A stretch of DNA of 64,000 nt from Macrostomum lignano (Eukaryota), in contig NIVC01000303.1 in the NCBI GenBank assembly GCA_002269645.1, forward strand, positions 375,323-439,322, in the 5' to 3' direction. This document shows, piece by piece, positions 25,171-36,600 of this stretch. A model generated the notes under the pieces. That model saw only the letters and a list, made by a program, of their open reading frames with translations. It did not search any database and was not told where the DNA came from. Position numbers and translations under genes: made by a program. The stretch's first letter is position 1. Each line of letters opens with the position of its first letter.

Positions 25171-27695
25171 TGTAAATTAAACTTGGCGGTTGTGGGTTTT
25201 GAACTCGGGGTTTCTTTGAAACCAGACGTCGTTGTGTTCGCACGAATCGAAACCGGAAGATCGCGCAGATGAATCACAACGGAAGTTTGCCTCCTGTTTT
25301 ACTCCGACTGCCGGGGTCCTCAAATTCCGGGGGGAGGGTAGTCTCAGTCGTAGGCGAGCGGTCTTCGTTAGGCGCGAGCGTTCAGTGTGGGTCCTCAGAC
25401 ACCGTGAATTAATGTACCTCGTATGCTTATTTCGTTACTAATAGAGAGTAGCGCTGCCACCACCGTAATTTGCGTAATACGGAACGTTGGAGTCTCAGAG
25501 CTTGCTTCGAGATGAGACTGGGTTATTTTACGCCCCACGGGCAAATGACTCAAGATAAACTACATGACTTTAATTAATTGAACAACGAAATTAAGTTGGT
25601 TCGCCTAGTTTATTAAAAGGCCGATTAAATTAAAGTTAGCTAATATTATTATTATGATGAAACGAGTACAACGAGGGATGAGACGGTGGTGCCACGAGGG
25701 CGACTACAAACTAGCAACTATTAAAAATAAATGAACTTCCCTAGTAGTACGTGTAGTACGCACAGGAGAGAGAAGAGACGAAGAGACAAAGTCGAGAGGC
25801 GAAGAGGCGACGAAAACAAAGAGAGAGAGAGAGAGACAGAGAGAGAGAGCGAGCCGCGAGACGCATTAATTTAGCAGACCTCACATCATATTATTTATAA
25901 AATTAAACAGAACATTTTGTGGCACCAAACAAACAGAAAAAGGAGGAAATAATAATTAAAATGGACCTTAAAGTCATAGTTATGGGCATACGAAAATTAA
26001 CACTGGGGAGATGGGCAAAACTAACAACGAACAGTAAAGGGGCACAATGGCCAGAACCTGGAGCAGAGGGTCAGAACCAGGGAGCGGGAGATGATGGAAG
26101 GGTGACGTCAGGGCAGCACCTTAAGGTGGACGGAGGAGGGCCAAACCCGGGACAACGGCAAAAAAATAACGACCAGAAAACGGGATCCAAAATAAATTTT
26201 TCAAAACAGTTAGTGGGAGGCTCAACCTACCACACCATTGAGGTGAGGTGAAGAAAATTTTCTTGGAAATTGGTTGTTTGAAATTAGTTGCTGACACCGG
26301 TTAGTAGTAGTAGTAGTAGTAAATTTGGCTCAGGCAAGGAGCATGTTTTGCCAGTATTATACGATGTATTTAGTATTTGTTCACAAGGTTAAATTTTTAC
26401 ACGATCGCTGAAAACGAGTTACGATATTTGTATAAGTAAGGTATTTGAAAGAGCGTCTGGAATTTTTACGGTTTTTTTTTCAGCCTACTAACGGCTAACG
26501 ACAGAACGACAAGATTCTAAGCAGGGAAAAATAAAAAATCGATGTCGTTTATCTATGACCTTAATGCAAAACGATTCTTCTAAAATGCGATTTAGGAAAG
26601 TTAGTTTAATTTTGTCAAAATAGCAAACATCGAGTATAATTAAGGATTGCTCTCAATAATAGGCGATTTTTGTAAAAAGATATACTGGGGCGGATTCCAC
26701 AGTTGTTGAATTGCCGCCTTCGTTGAGTTCGCACGAATGAATCCGGAGAAATCGCGCAGACGAATCACAACGAAAAATTTCTTTCTCCTGCTTTAATCCG
26801 ACAGCCGGGTTCTCAAGTCCAGGGGTAGTCGTAATCGTAGCGGAGCGATCGTTAACGGCGCGGTCGTTCAGACGTGTAACAACGGAGATTCTGACTCCAA
26901 AATTATGGAGTCGAGTTGCTGAGCTTGTTACTTTCAGTAGGGTAGAGCTGCCACCACCGTAATTTACGTATTCCGGAACGATTAAGTTTCTGGGCTTCCT
27001 TAAGCTGAGAAAACTTAGTTATTTTACACCCGCGGGCAAATGACTTAAGAAAAGGCTATGGCTTAACGTCAACGAAAAATTAAAGAATATGGCACTTATT
27101 AATCATTATTATTATTGCGGATCAGTTTAATATTAGCAGGCTGAAACTGAATAAAAATTAAATTTCCGACAAGTAATATGAGACGCTGGCGGCACCGGGA
27201 TGCTGAATTAAAGGTAGTTTAACTAGTAAAGTTAAGCGCTTAGTAAAAACTGATTAATTAATTAATACGCAAATTACTAAAACAGGCAGAAGGCAAGGGA
27301 AAATAAACAAGAGTGGAAAAGGGGGAAGGCAGGTTAGGGAGTTGTTGAGGAAAAACAGGGCTCGAAACAACTACTAAATACATCAAAAAACGCGGACAAA
27401 CGGTGGAGACAGGGGTTGGACAGGGCCGGGCGGTGGGCAGAAAATAACACGGGTTGGGCCAGGCTCAAATACGAATTATGACATCTCGCGGAATAACAAA
27501 ATTCACGAGAGGGACTACGAAAAATCAAAGAAGGGACGAATCCAGTCCAAGCGAAGAAACGGGGGTTGAACAGTTGATGGACGGGGGAGGCGAAAAATCA
27601 GCGGATGGGAACTGTTAGAAATTATTTCGCATGCAACTAAATGTTATTAAAATAATAATTTTTTTCAGTCAATCGTGGCATCTCGACTGCAACAC
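25171..27695. repeat. Two diverged direct repeats of about 1.0-1.1 kb (about 25171-26296 and 26671-27695), LTR-like
   Basis: Alignable blocks about 1.49 kb apart (TTCGCACGA...TCGCGCAGA.GAATCACAACG; CTGCCACCACCGTAATTT; GGGCAAATGACT.AAGA). Both can be read TGTAAA...ACA. No TSD or internal ORF found. Confidence 0.55.
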
Positions 27696-28063
27696 TATTG
27701 AGGACCGAACGTTTCTACGAAAATTTACTTCCGAGAAGTGTACACGTCTTAAACAAATTTGACATCGCATTACCACTTCTTACATTCTCTGGCTATAATA
27801 ATCAGCTACAATTTGCTGAGTTGCCGTAACTTTGAGTTGACAAAATACCAGGTGACGAAATGTCGGTTGACGAAATGTCCCGGAACCCCGCATTTATGCT
27901 TGCCCACCGACCGACCGATGTTTTCCAGCCGGTGTTTGCTTGCCGACCGCACACTTGCCCGCCACTAAGACATAATGTACATATACGTAGATCGATTTCA
28001 GCCTACTACCTGAGTCTACATGTACGAGCGTAGCTTCTTAGATATTCTATAATACGGGAATGT

Positions 28064-28107
<44 letters not shown>

Positions 28108-28464
28108 TTTAATCCACTGAAGGGGAACCTTACATGTAAATATATGTACATGTACGTAAATAATAATATATATGGCTATAGTTAATTCAACACTATCAGC
28201 CTATATAGCTGGCTTCGATAAAATTGACGAGCGGTAATACGTATATAGTTGGAACAATTAAATGTAAGCGTCGACCTTTGAATACACCGACTGACATCGC
28301 ATCTCCAATTACTGAATCAGATTGAAAAAATGGAGTAGCCCTGCATGCAGAGAGACGTACATGTATTTCAAGGTGGGCATGATCACGCCGGCCCTCTTGT
28401 AGTTATTTGGGCCCCTCACGCAGGTTTAGACTCGATCGATCCTATCCGGACTGCCACTTAAGCA

Positions 28465-28605
28465 GGCCCAACCAATCCCTCAAACAACCAGCTAACAGGC
28501 CCAACCAATCCTTCCAACAACCAGCTAACAGGCCCAACCAATCCTTCCAACAACCAACCAACAGGCCCAACCAATCCTTCAAAACAACCAACCAACAGGC
28601 CCAAC
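28465..28605. repeat. 33-bp minisatellite, about 4 copies
   Basis: Unit AGGCCCAACCAATCCTTCCAACAACCAGCTAAC. Confidence 0.88.
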
Positions 28606-28713
28606 CCATCACTGCGCCTCAGGCTGTACGTCGTCCACCGAATTAACCAGCACGTATAGTAGGTGTACTGGCTCGTTAACAGCGGCTTCACCGACGGCCT
28701 AAGCTTGATTTAC

Positions 28714-29096
28714 CTGTCCTGAGACCGTCCTGTTGTACAACGCCGAGACCAGGCTGGACGCTGACGGACTCGTTCGCAAATCAAGTCGATGCGGGGCGCG
28801 CACGCTGGCCTGCTACTCGCTGCCTTCAAGATCGGCTACGAGTGAGTCACCAATGCGGCACTGGCACTCTATCGCCGCACCAGCCTGTCGCGTTCCAGCG
28901 AACTGTTGCGCCATCGGCGATTGGCGACTCCAGCTGTATGGCTGCAGGCCATATCATCTGAGCCGAGTCCGACTGTCTGCAGTCGGTGCAGGAGATGCTG
29001 TTTCTGACGCTGTTGTTGTTGTTGATTTGCTGCTCGACGGTCAGCATGCTTGTCTCTGACCGCGGCCAATTGAAAACGAGTATTTATCGTCTTCAA
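28714..29096 (-). pseudogene. Possible decayed poly-Q exon with two in-frame TAG codons
   Basis: GC-rich frame ...AANQQQQQRQKQHLLHRLQ...RLVRR*SASAALVTHS*PILKAASSRPACAPRID...SQDR ends at a donor-like AG|GTAAAT (28713). The poly-Q style matches real exons in the window. No family recognised. Confidence 0.35.
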
Positions 29097-29544
29097 CTAA
29101 GATCACCAGCCTACGTCGATTCGTTGAATGCTCTTCCTAACCGCCGATTACAATGGACAAGTAATCGCTTAAAACGTCGTTCGCCTTAAAGGACGTCGTT
29201 TAAAACGGAAACTGCATGACGGTGCCTGACCGACAGTTCAGATCAGGCTTGTCGGACTGTTGATGCCTCCGAGTTGTTCGAATTGCGACCTGGACAACTC
29301 GAAAAATTTAGGTGTTTCGACTCTGAATAGTCGCGATCTATGGGGATGTTTTACTTTCTCACATGCAATAACGAACTAAAGCAAATTACCTGAGTTTTGA
29401 AGGTTGCAGCTGTATTCTGATGCAATAATTATGTTGCAACTTCAGTATATTCAATATTATAATAAAAAAAACTGGTGATTAGTTTCTGTAGACATGGCAA
29501 ATGATCGAAAATTACACTTGGTTGTCATACCGTGCCCCTAGAAC

Positions 29545-30543
29545 GTCTCTTTAATTGTCTCTAGAACGTCTCTGCATTGTCTCTAGAACGTCTCTACACT
29601 GTCTCTAGAACGTCTCTGCATTGTCTCTAGAACGGCTCTGCATTGTCTCTAGAACATCTCTGCATTGTCTCTATAGAACGTCTCTGCACTGTCTCTAGAA
29701 CGTGTCTACACTGTCTCTAGAACGTGTCTACACTGTCTCTAGAACGTGTCTACACTGTCTCTAGAACGTCTCTACATTGTCTCAAAAACGTCTCTGCATT
29801 GTCTCTAGAACATCTCTGCATTGTCTCTATAGAACGTATATGCATTGTCTCTAGAACGTCTCTGCATTGTCTCTAGAACATCTCTGCATTGTCTCTATAG
29901 AACGTCTATGCATTGTCTCTAGAACGTCTCTACATTGTCTCTAAAACGTCTCTGCATTGTCTAGAACGTCTCTACACTGTCTCTAGAACATCTCTGCATT
30001 GTCTCAATAGAACGTCTCTGCATTGTCTCTAGAACGTCTCTACACTGTCTCTAGAACGTGTCTACACTGTCTCTAGAACGTGTCTACACTGTCTCTAGAA
30101 CGTCTCTACATTGTCTCAAAAACGTCTCTGCATTGTCTCTAGAACATCTCTGCATTGTCTCTATAGAACGTATATGCATTGTCTCTAGAACGTCTCTGCA
30201 TTGTCTCTAGAACATCTCTGCATTGTCTCTATAGAACGTCTATGCATTGTCTCTAGAACGTCTCTACATTGTCTCTAAAACGTCTCTGCATTGTCTAGAA
30301 CGTCTCTACACTGTCTCTAGAACATCTCTGCATTGTCTCAATAGAACGTCTCTGCATTGTCTCTAGAACGTCTCTACACTGTCTCTAGAACGTCTCTACA
30401 CTGTCTCTAGAACGTCTCTACATTGTCTCTAAAACGTCTCTGCATTGTCTCTAGAACATCTCTGCATTGTCTCTATAGAACGTCTCTACACTGTCTCTAG
30501 AACGTCTCTGCATTGTCTCTAGAACGTCTCTGCATTGTCTCTA
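29545..30543. repeat. 22-bp minisatellite directly downstream of the CNBD gene
   Basis: Unit TCTAGAACGTCTCTGCATTGTC. Rare variants recur at about 334-bp spacing (GTATATGC at 29836 and 30170). Confidence 0.96.
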
Positions 30544-30602
30544 TTATCACTTTTGAACTCCTTTAGAAATTTTTCGAGAATATCTTCAAGTTCGCAATCA
30601 GA

Positions 30603-33600
30603 TCAGTCCTGCTCCGAATTCAATTCGATGTCGTTAGGCGAATCAAGTTCAACTGTGGGCTCAGCGGCCGTCTCTGAAGAGGTTTTCCGTCGACTGTTGT
30701 ACATGCTGATGAATCGCTCGCCAGAAGGTTTCTTGGCGCTGAGCCACAGTCTGCCAGCCATCAAAGCATTTCGTCGTTCTGAAGCTGACAGAGCTGACTG
30801 CTGCGGCTGTTGCGGCTGCTGCTCATGATGCTCATAATGGTCTTGATGAGGAGTCTCTTCCTGCAGAGGCTAAAAGTCATTTATGAGAGATTTTCGTTAG
30901 GCATTGAGGCTGATCGTACAGACCCATTGGGTCAGCTATTTTTAAACTGAATGGAGTACAAGCATTTTACCTCACTGGTGTCGACAAATTTGGCTGCATT
31001 GCGACGTTTCTGAGACTTCTGGAATTTAGTTAAAGTGTAGAATACATGTAGGTTTTAAACGGGCTTGCTGTGATTTGATTAGAAAGCTAGAAATACATTT
31101 AGTTGTTAAAGTGCTACATGGATAACTATTTTTGGTATGTGTTCTATGTTCTAAAGGAATGTATGGGTGATTCCTGAGGAGTGTTGGCGCGATTCCTAAG
31201 GGGTGTTGGGGGCGACTCCTGAGGAGTGTTGGCGCGATTCCTAAGGGGTGTTGGGGGCGACTCCTGAGGAGTGTTGGCGCGATTCCTGAGGAGTGTTGGG
31301 GGTGATTCCTGAGGAGTGTAGGGGGTGATTCCTGAGGAGTGTTGGGGGTGATTAATGAGGAGTGTTTGGGGTGATTCCTGAGGAGTGTAGGGGGCGATTC
31401 CTGAGGAGTGTAGGGGGCGATTCCTGAGGAGTGTTGGGGCGATTCCTGAGGAGTGTTGGGGGTGATTCCTGAGGAGTGTTGGGGGCGATTCTTGAGAAGT
31501 GTAGGGGGCGATTCCTGAGGAGTGTTGGGGGTGATTCCTGAGGAGTGTAGGGGGTGATTCCTGAGGAGTGTTGGGGGTGATTAATGAGGAGTTTTTGGGG
31601 CGATTCCTGAGGAGTGTTGGGGGCGATTCCTGAGGAGTGTTGGGGTGATTCCTGAGGAGTGTTGGGGGTGATTCCTGAGGAGTGTTGGGGCGATTCCTAA
31701 GGAGTGTTGGGGGTGATTAATGAGGAGTGTTTGGGGTGATTCCTGAGGAGTGTAGGGGGCGATTCCTGAGGAGTGTAGGGGGCGATTCCTGAGGAGTGTT
31801 GGGGGTGATTCCTGAGGAGTGTAGGGGGTGATTCCTGAGGAGTGTTGGGGGTGATTAATGAGGAGTTTTTGGGGCGATTCCTGAGGAGTGTTGGGGGCGA
31901 TTCCTGAGGAGTGTTGGGGGCGATTCCTGAGGAGTGTTGGGGGTGATTCCTGAGGAGTGTTGGGGTGATTAATGAGGAGTGTTTGGGGTGATTCCTGAGA
32001 AGTGTTGGGGGCGATTCCTGAGGAGTGTTGGGGGCGATTCCTGAGGAGTGTTGGGGGTGATTTCTGAGGAGTGTTGGGGCGATTCCTGAGGAGTGTTGGG
32101 GGCGATTCCTGAGGAGTGTTGAGGGTGATTCCTGAGGAGTGTTGGGGTGATTCCTGAGGAGTGTTGGGGAGATTCCTGAGGAGTGTTGGGGTGATTAATG
32201 AGGAGTGTTTGGGGTGATTCCTGAGGAGTGTAGGGGGCGATTCCTGAGGAGTGTAGGGGGCGATTCCTGAGGAGTGTTGGGGCGATTCCTGAGGAGTGTT
32301 GGGGGTGATTCCTGAGGAGTGTTGGGGGCGATTCTTGAGGAGTGTAGGGGGCGATTCCTGAGGAGTGTTGGGGGTGATTCCTGAGGAGTGTAGGGGGTGA
32401 TTCCTGAGGAGTGTTGGGGGTGATTAATGAGGAGTGTTTGGGGTGATTCCTGAGGAGTGTTGGGGCGATTCCTGAGGAGTGTTGGGGGCGATTCCTGAGG
32501 AGTGTTGGGGGCGATTTCTGAGGAGTGTTGGGGGTGATTAATGAGGAGTGTTTGGGGTGATTCCTGAGGAGTGTTGGGGGTGATTCCTGAGGAGTGTTGG
32601 GGTGATTCCTGAGGAGTGTTGGGGCGATTCCTGAGGAGTGTTGGGGGTGATTAATGAGGAGTGTTTGGGGTGATTCCTGAGGAGTGTTGGGGGCGATTCC
32701 TGAGGAGTGTTGGGGGCGATTCCTGAGGAGTGTTGGGGTGATTCCTGAGGAGTGTTGGGGCGATTCCTGAGGAGTGTTGGGGTGATTAATGAGGAGTGTT
32801 TGGGGTGATTCCTGAGGAGTGTTGGGGGCGATTCCTGAGGAGTGTAGGGGGCGATTCCTGAGGAGTGTTTGGGTGATTCCTGAGGAGTGTTGGGGGTGAT
32901 TCCTGAGGAGTGTTGGGGGTGATTCCTGAGGAGTGTTGGGGCGATTCCTGAGGAGTGTTGGGGGTGATTAATGAGGAGTGTTTGGGGTGATTCCTGAGGA
33001 GTGTTGAGGCGATTCCTGAGGAGTGTTGGGGGCGATTCCTGAGGAGTGTTGGGGGTGATTCCTGAGGAGTGTTGGGGGTGATTCCTGAGGAGTGTTGGGG
33101 CGATTCCTGAGGAGTGTTGGGGGCGATTCCTGAGGAGTGTTGGGGGATTCCTGAGGAGTGTTGGGGTGATTCCTGAGGAGTGTTGGGGCGATTCCTGAGG
33201 AGTGTTGGGGTGATTAATGAGGAGTGTTTGGGGTGATTCCTGAGGAGTGTTGGGGGCGATTCCTGAGGAGTGTAGGGGGCGATTCCTGAGGAGTGTTTGG
33301 GTGATTCCTGAGGAGTGTTGGGGTGATTCCTGAGGAGTGTTGGGGCGATTCCTGAGGAGTGTTGGGGGTGATTAATGAGGAGTATTTGGGGTGATTCCTG
33401 AGGAGTGTTGGGGGCGATTCCTGAGGAGTGTTGGGGGCGATTCCTGAGGAGTGTTGGGGTGATTCCTGAGGAGTGTTGGGGCGATTCCTGAGGAGTGTTT
33501 GGGTGATTCCTGAGGAGTGTTGGGGGTGATTAATGAGGAGTGTTTGGGGTGATTCCTGAGGAGTGTTGGGGGCGATTCCTGAGGAGTGTTGGGGGCGATT

Positions 33601-36600
33601 CCTGAGGAGTGTTGGGGTGATTCCTGAGGAGTGTTGGGGCGATTCCTGAGGAGTGTTGGGGTGATTAATGAGGAGTGTTTGGGGTGATTCCTGAGGAGTG
33701 TTGGGGGCGATTCCTGAGGAGTGTAGGGGGCGATTCCTGAGGAGTGTTTGGGTGATTCCTGAGGAGTGTTGGGGGTGATTCCTGAGGAGTGTTGGGGGTG
33801 ATTCCTGAGGAGTGTTGGGGCGATTCCTGAGGAGTGTTGGGGGTGATTAATGAGGAGTATTTGGGGTGATTCCTGAGGAGTGTTGGGGGCGATTCCTGAG
33901 GAGTGTTGGGGGCGATTCCTGAGGAGTGTTGGGGTGATTCCTGAGGAGTGTTGGGGCGATTCCTGAGGAGTGTTGGGGGCGATTCCTGAGGAGTGTTGGG
34001 GGTGATTCCTGAGGAGTGTTGGGGGTGATTCCTGAGGAGTGTTGGGGCGATTCCTGAGGAGTGTTGGGGTGATTAATGAGGAGTGTTTGGGGTGATTCCT
34101 GAGGAGTGTTGGGGGCGATTCCTGAGGAGTGTAGGGGGCGATTCCTGAGGAGTGTTTGGGTGATTCCTGAGGAGTGTTGGGGGTGATTCCTGAGGAGTGT
34201 TGGGGCGATTCCTGAGGAGTGTTGGGGGTGATTAATGAGGAGTATTTGGGGTGATTCCTGAGGAGTGTTGGGGGCGATTCCTGAGGAGTGTTGGGGGCGA
34301 TTCCTGAGGAGTGTTGGGGGCGATTCCTGAGGAGTGTTGGGGGTGATTAATGAGGAGTGTTTGGGGTGATTCCTGAGGAGTGTTGGGGGCGATTCCTGAG
34401 GAGTGTTGGGGGCGATTCCTGAGGAGTGTTGGGGTGATTCCTGAGGAGTGTTGGGGTGATTCCTGAGGAGTTCAGGGCCGATTTCTGAGTCGCCCAATCA
34501 GCACCAACCTGCCCGATTTCCTCGAGCTCCTTATCGCTTAGTTTCACTCCTCCGTTGAGGCCTCTGCGATTCGCTTCATCCGCAGCTGCAGCCGCCGCTG
34601 CTGCTTCCGCTGCCGCCGCGGCTTCGTCGCCTTCAGTCCGTCCGTCCAGCCGGTTCAGTCGACGTCGGAGCAGGTGCAGCCTCAGGCGATGGAAGGCGAG
34701 GCCGGTGGCCGCCACGCGACGGTCCTGCTCGAGGCCGCTTTCGCTGTCAGGGCAGACAGAAGGGAATGAAATTTGGCGTTTTGTCAAAATGTAAACTACC
34801 CCGTATCCAATGTAAACTACCCCGCATCCAATGTAAACTACCCCGTATCCAATGTAAACTACCCCGCATCCAATGTAAACTACCCCGTATCCAATGTAAA
34901 CTACCCCGTATCCAATGTAAACTACCCCGTATCCAATGTAAACTACCCCGTATCCAATGTAAACTACCCCGTATCCAATGTAAAATACCCCGTATCCAAT
35001 GTAAACTACCCCGCATCCAATGTAAACTACCCCGCATCCAATGTAAACTACCCCGTATCCAATGTAAAATACCCCGTATCCAATGTAAACTACCCCGTAT
35101 CCAATGTAAACTACCCCGTATCCAATGTAAACTACCCCGTATCCAATGTAAACTACCCCGTATCCAATGTAAACTACCCCGTATCCAATGTAAACTACCC
35201 CGTATCCAATGTAAACTACCCCGTATCCAATGTAAACTACCCCGTATAACAATGGAACTCGATGCATTGCTAATAGGGCATCTATCTGCTATTTTTAGAC
35301 GATTAAATCTCGCTGACATTCGCTGATGCATGTAAGTGGATTTAAGCTAAATCAAAATAGCTACAACAGAGCCATAGGCTTCTCAACCTGTGGTTTCCTG
35401 CGGCACCCAGAGCGGCGGCTGCAGCGCTGCCAATCCGCAGACTCCGGACTCGGTCAGCCTGCTGACTGGCTGCCGACTTCGCTCTGGCAATGAACTCGCC
35501 CGTGTCTGTCGGCGAGTAGTGATCGTTCGCCTGCGGTGGGCGGTGAATGCGGACTACTGTGGTACTGCGCTGTGAATACTGTGGGGCTTCCCTCAATTAC
35601 CCCAGCTAATGCTGGCACCCAAGGGGGCCGTAGCCCAGCGGTAGCGCAGCTGCTCTGGGGTGCCAGCGACCCAGGCTCGATTCCAAGTGCAGTCACATTA
35701 ATTTGGGCAGTGTTAGGCACCGTTAATGAAAATCTTAACTTCCGTTAATAGCAAAAGCGTTAGCGTTAAAACAAAAAAATCTTAACTTTTTAACTCCTAA
35801 TTTCGTTAAGTTAACTGAAAGTTAACTGATAATCGTTAATAAGCGTTAATCCGTTAAAGTTAGCAGAGAAAATACGGAAATCTTGCACGTTTTTTCCAAA
35901 ACACACTTCGTAATGCACGTCTCTGCTATTCCATCTTTTTAGCGAAACACAGAGGTCATCTAAGCGATTTGAAAGCTAAAAAAGTAATAAATAATCATTT
36001 TAAAAACTTGCATGCATAATACTACTAAAAGTAAAGCATATGGTAAAAAAAGTAACTTATTTTATTTGAAACTTAAAAGCTAAGAACGAGAAATTCATAA
36101 TTAAATACGCATAGGAAGGTTGTTTCAGTACTATTAGCAGGCGCAGCAGAAAGTTGCGAAAGATTGGGACAGAAGTGAATCAAAGCGATCGATGCTCACG
36201 CGCAAGAAATAAAGTTTCACACTATTTTAATTCATTATTTTAAAGTTTATTTGTAAGAAGTTGTTAATTACATGTACGTCTGTATGATTATCGTCATAAA
36301 TAAAGAGATTATATCTAGGCATATAGGTAAGCTCAAATACGTTCGTAATGTTTAAACTTCTTGTAAGACTTCTATTTTTCGTTCTTTCTTTGCGTCTTTG
36401 GTCATTGACATAGACACTACCGTTAACGATGAATTTATCGTTAATTCACAAAATTTTTAACGCAAATTCGTTAATCCGTTAGTTCAAAAAAATCTTAACG
36501 ACAGTCGGTTAACGTTAATGAAAAATCTTAACGCTTATTAACGCTTATTAACGGATCAACGCTTATTAACGGACTGGTGCCCAACACTGAATTTGGGGCT

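Noticed and set aside
33847-35331. ORFs with NTPQESP, VVYIGYG, KLPRIQC and WIRGSLH repeats
   Set aside because: Array translations; only 34509-34743 is a supported exon.
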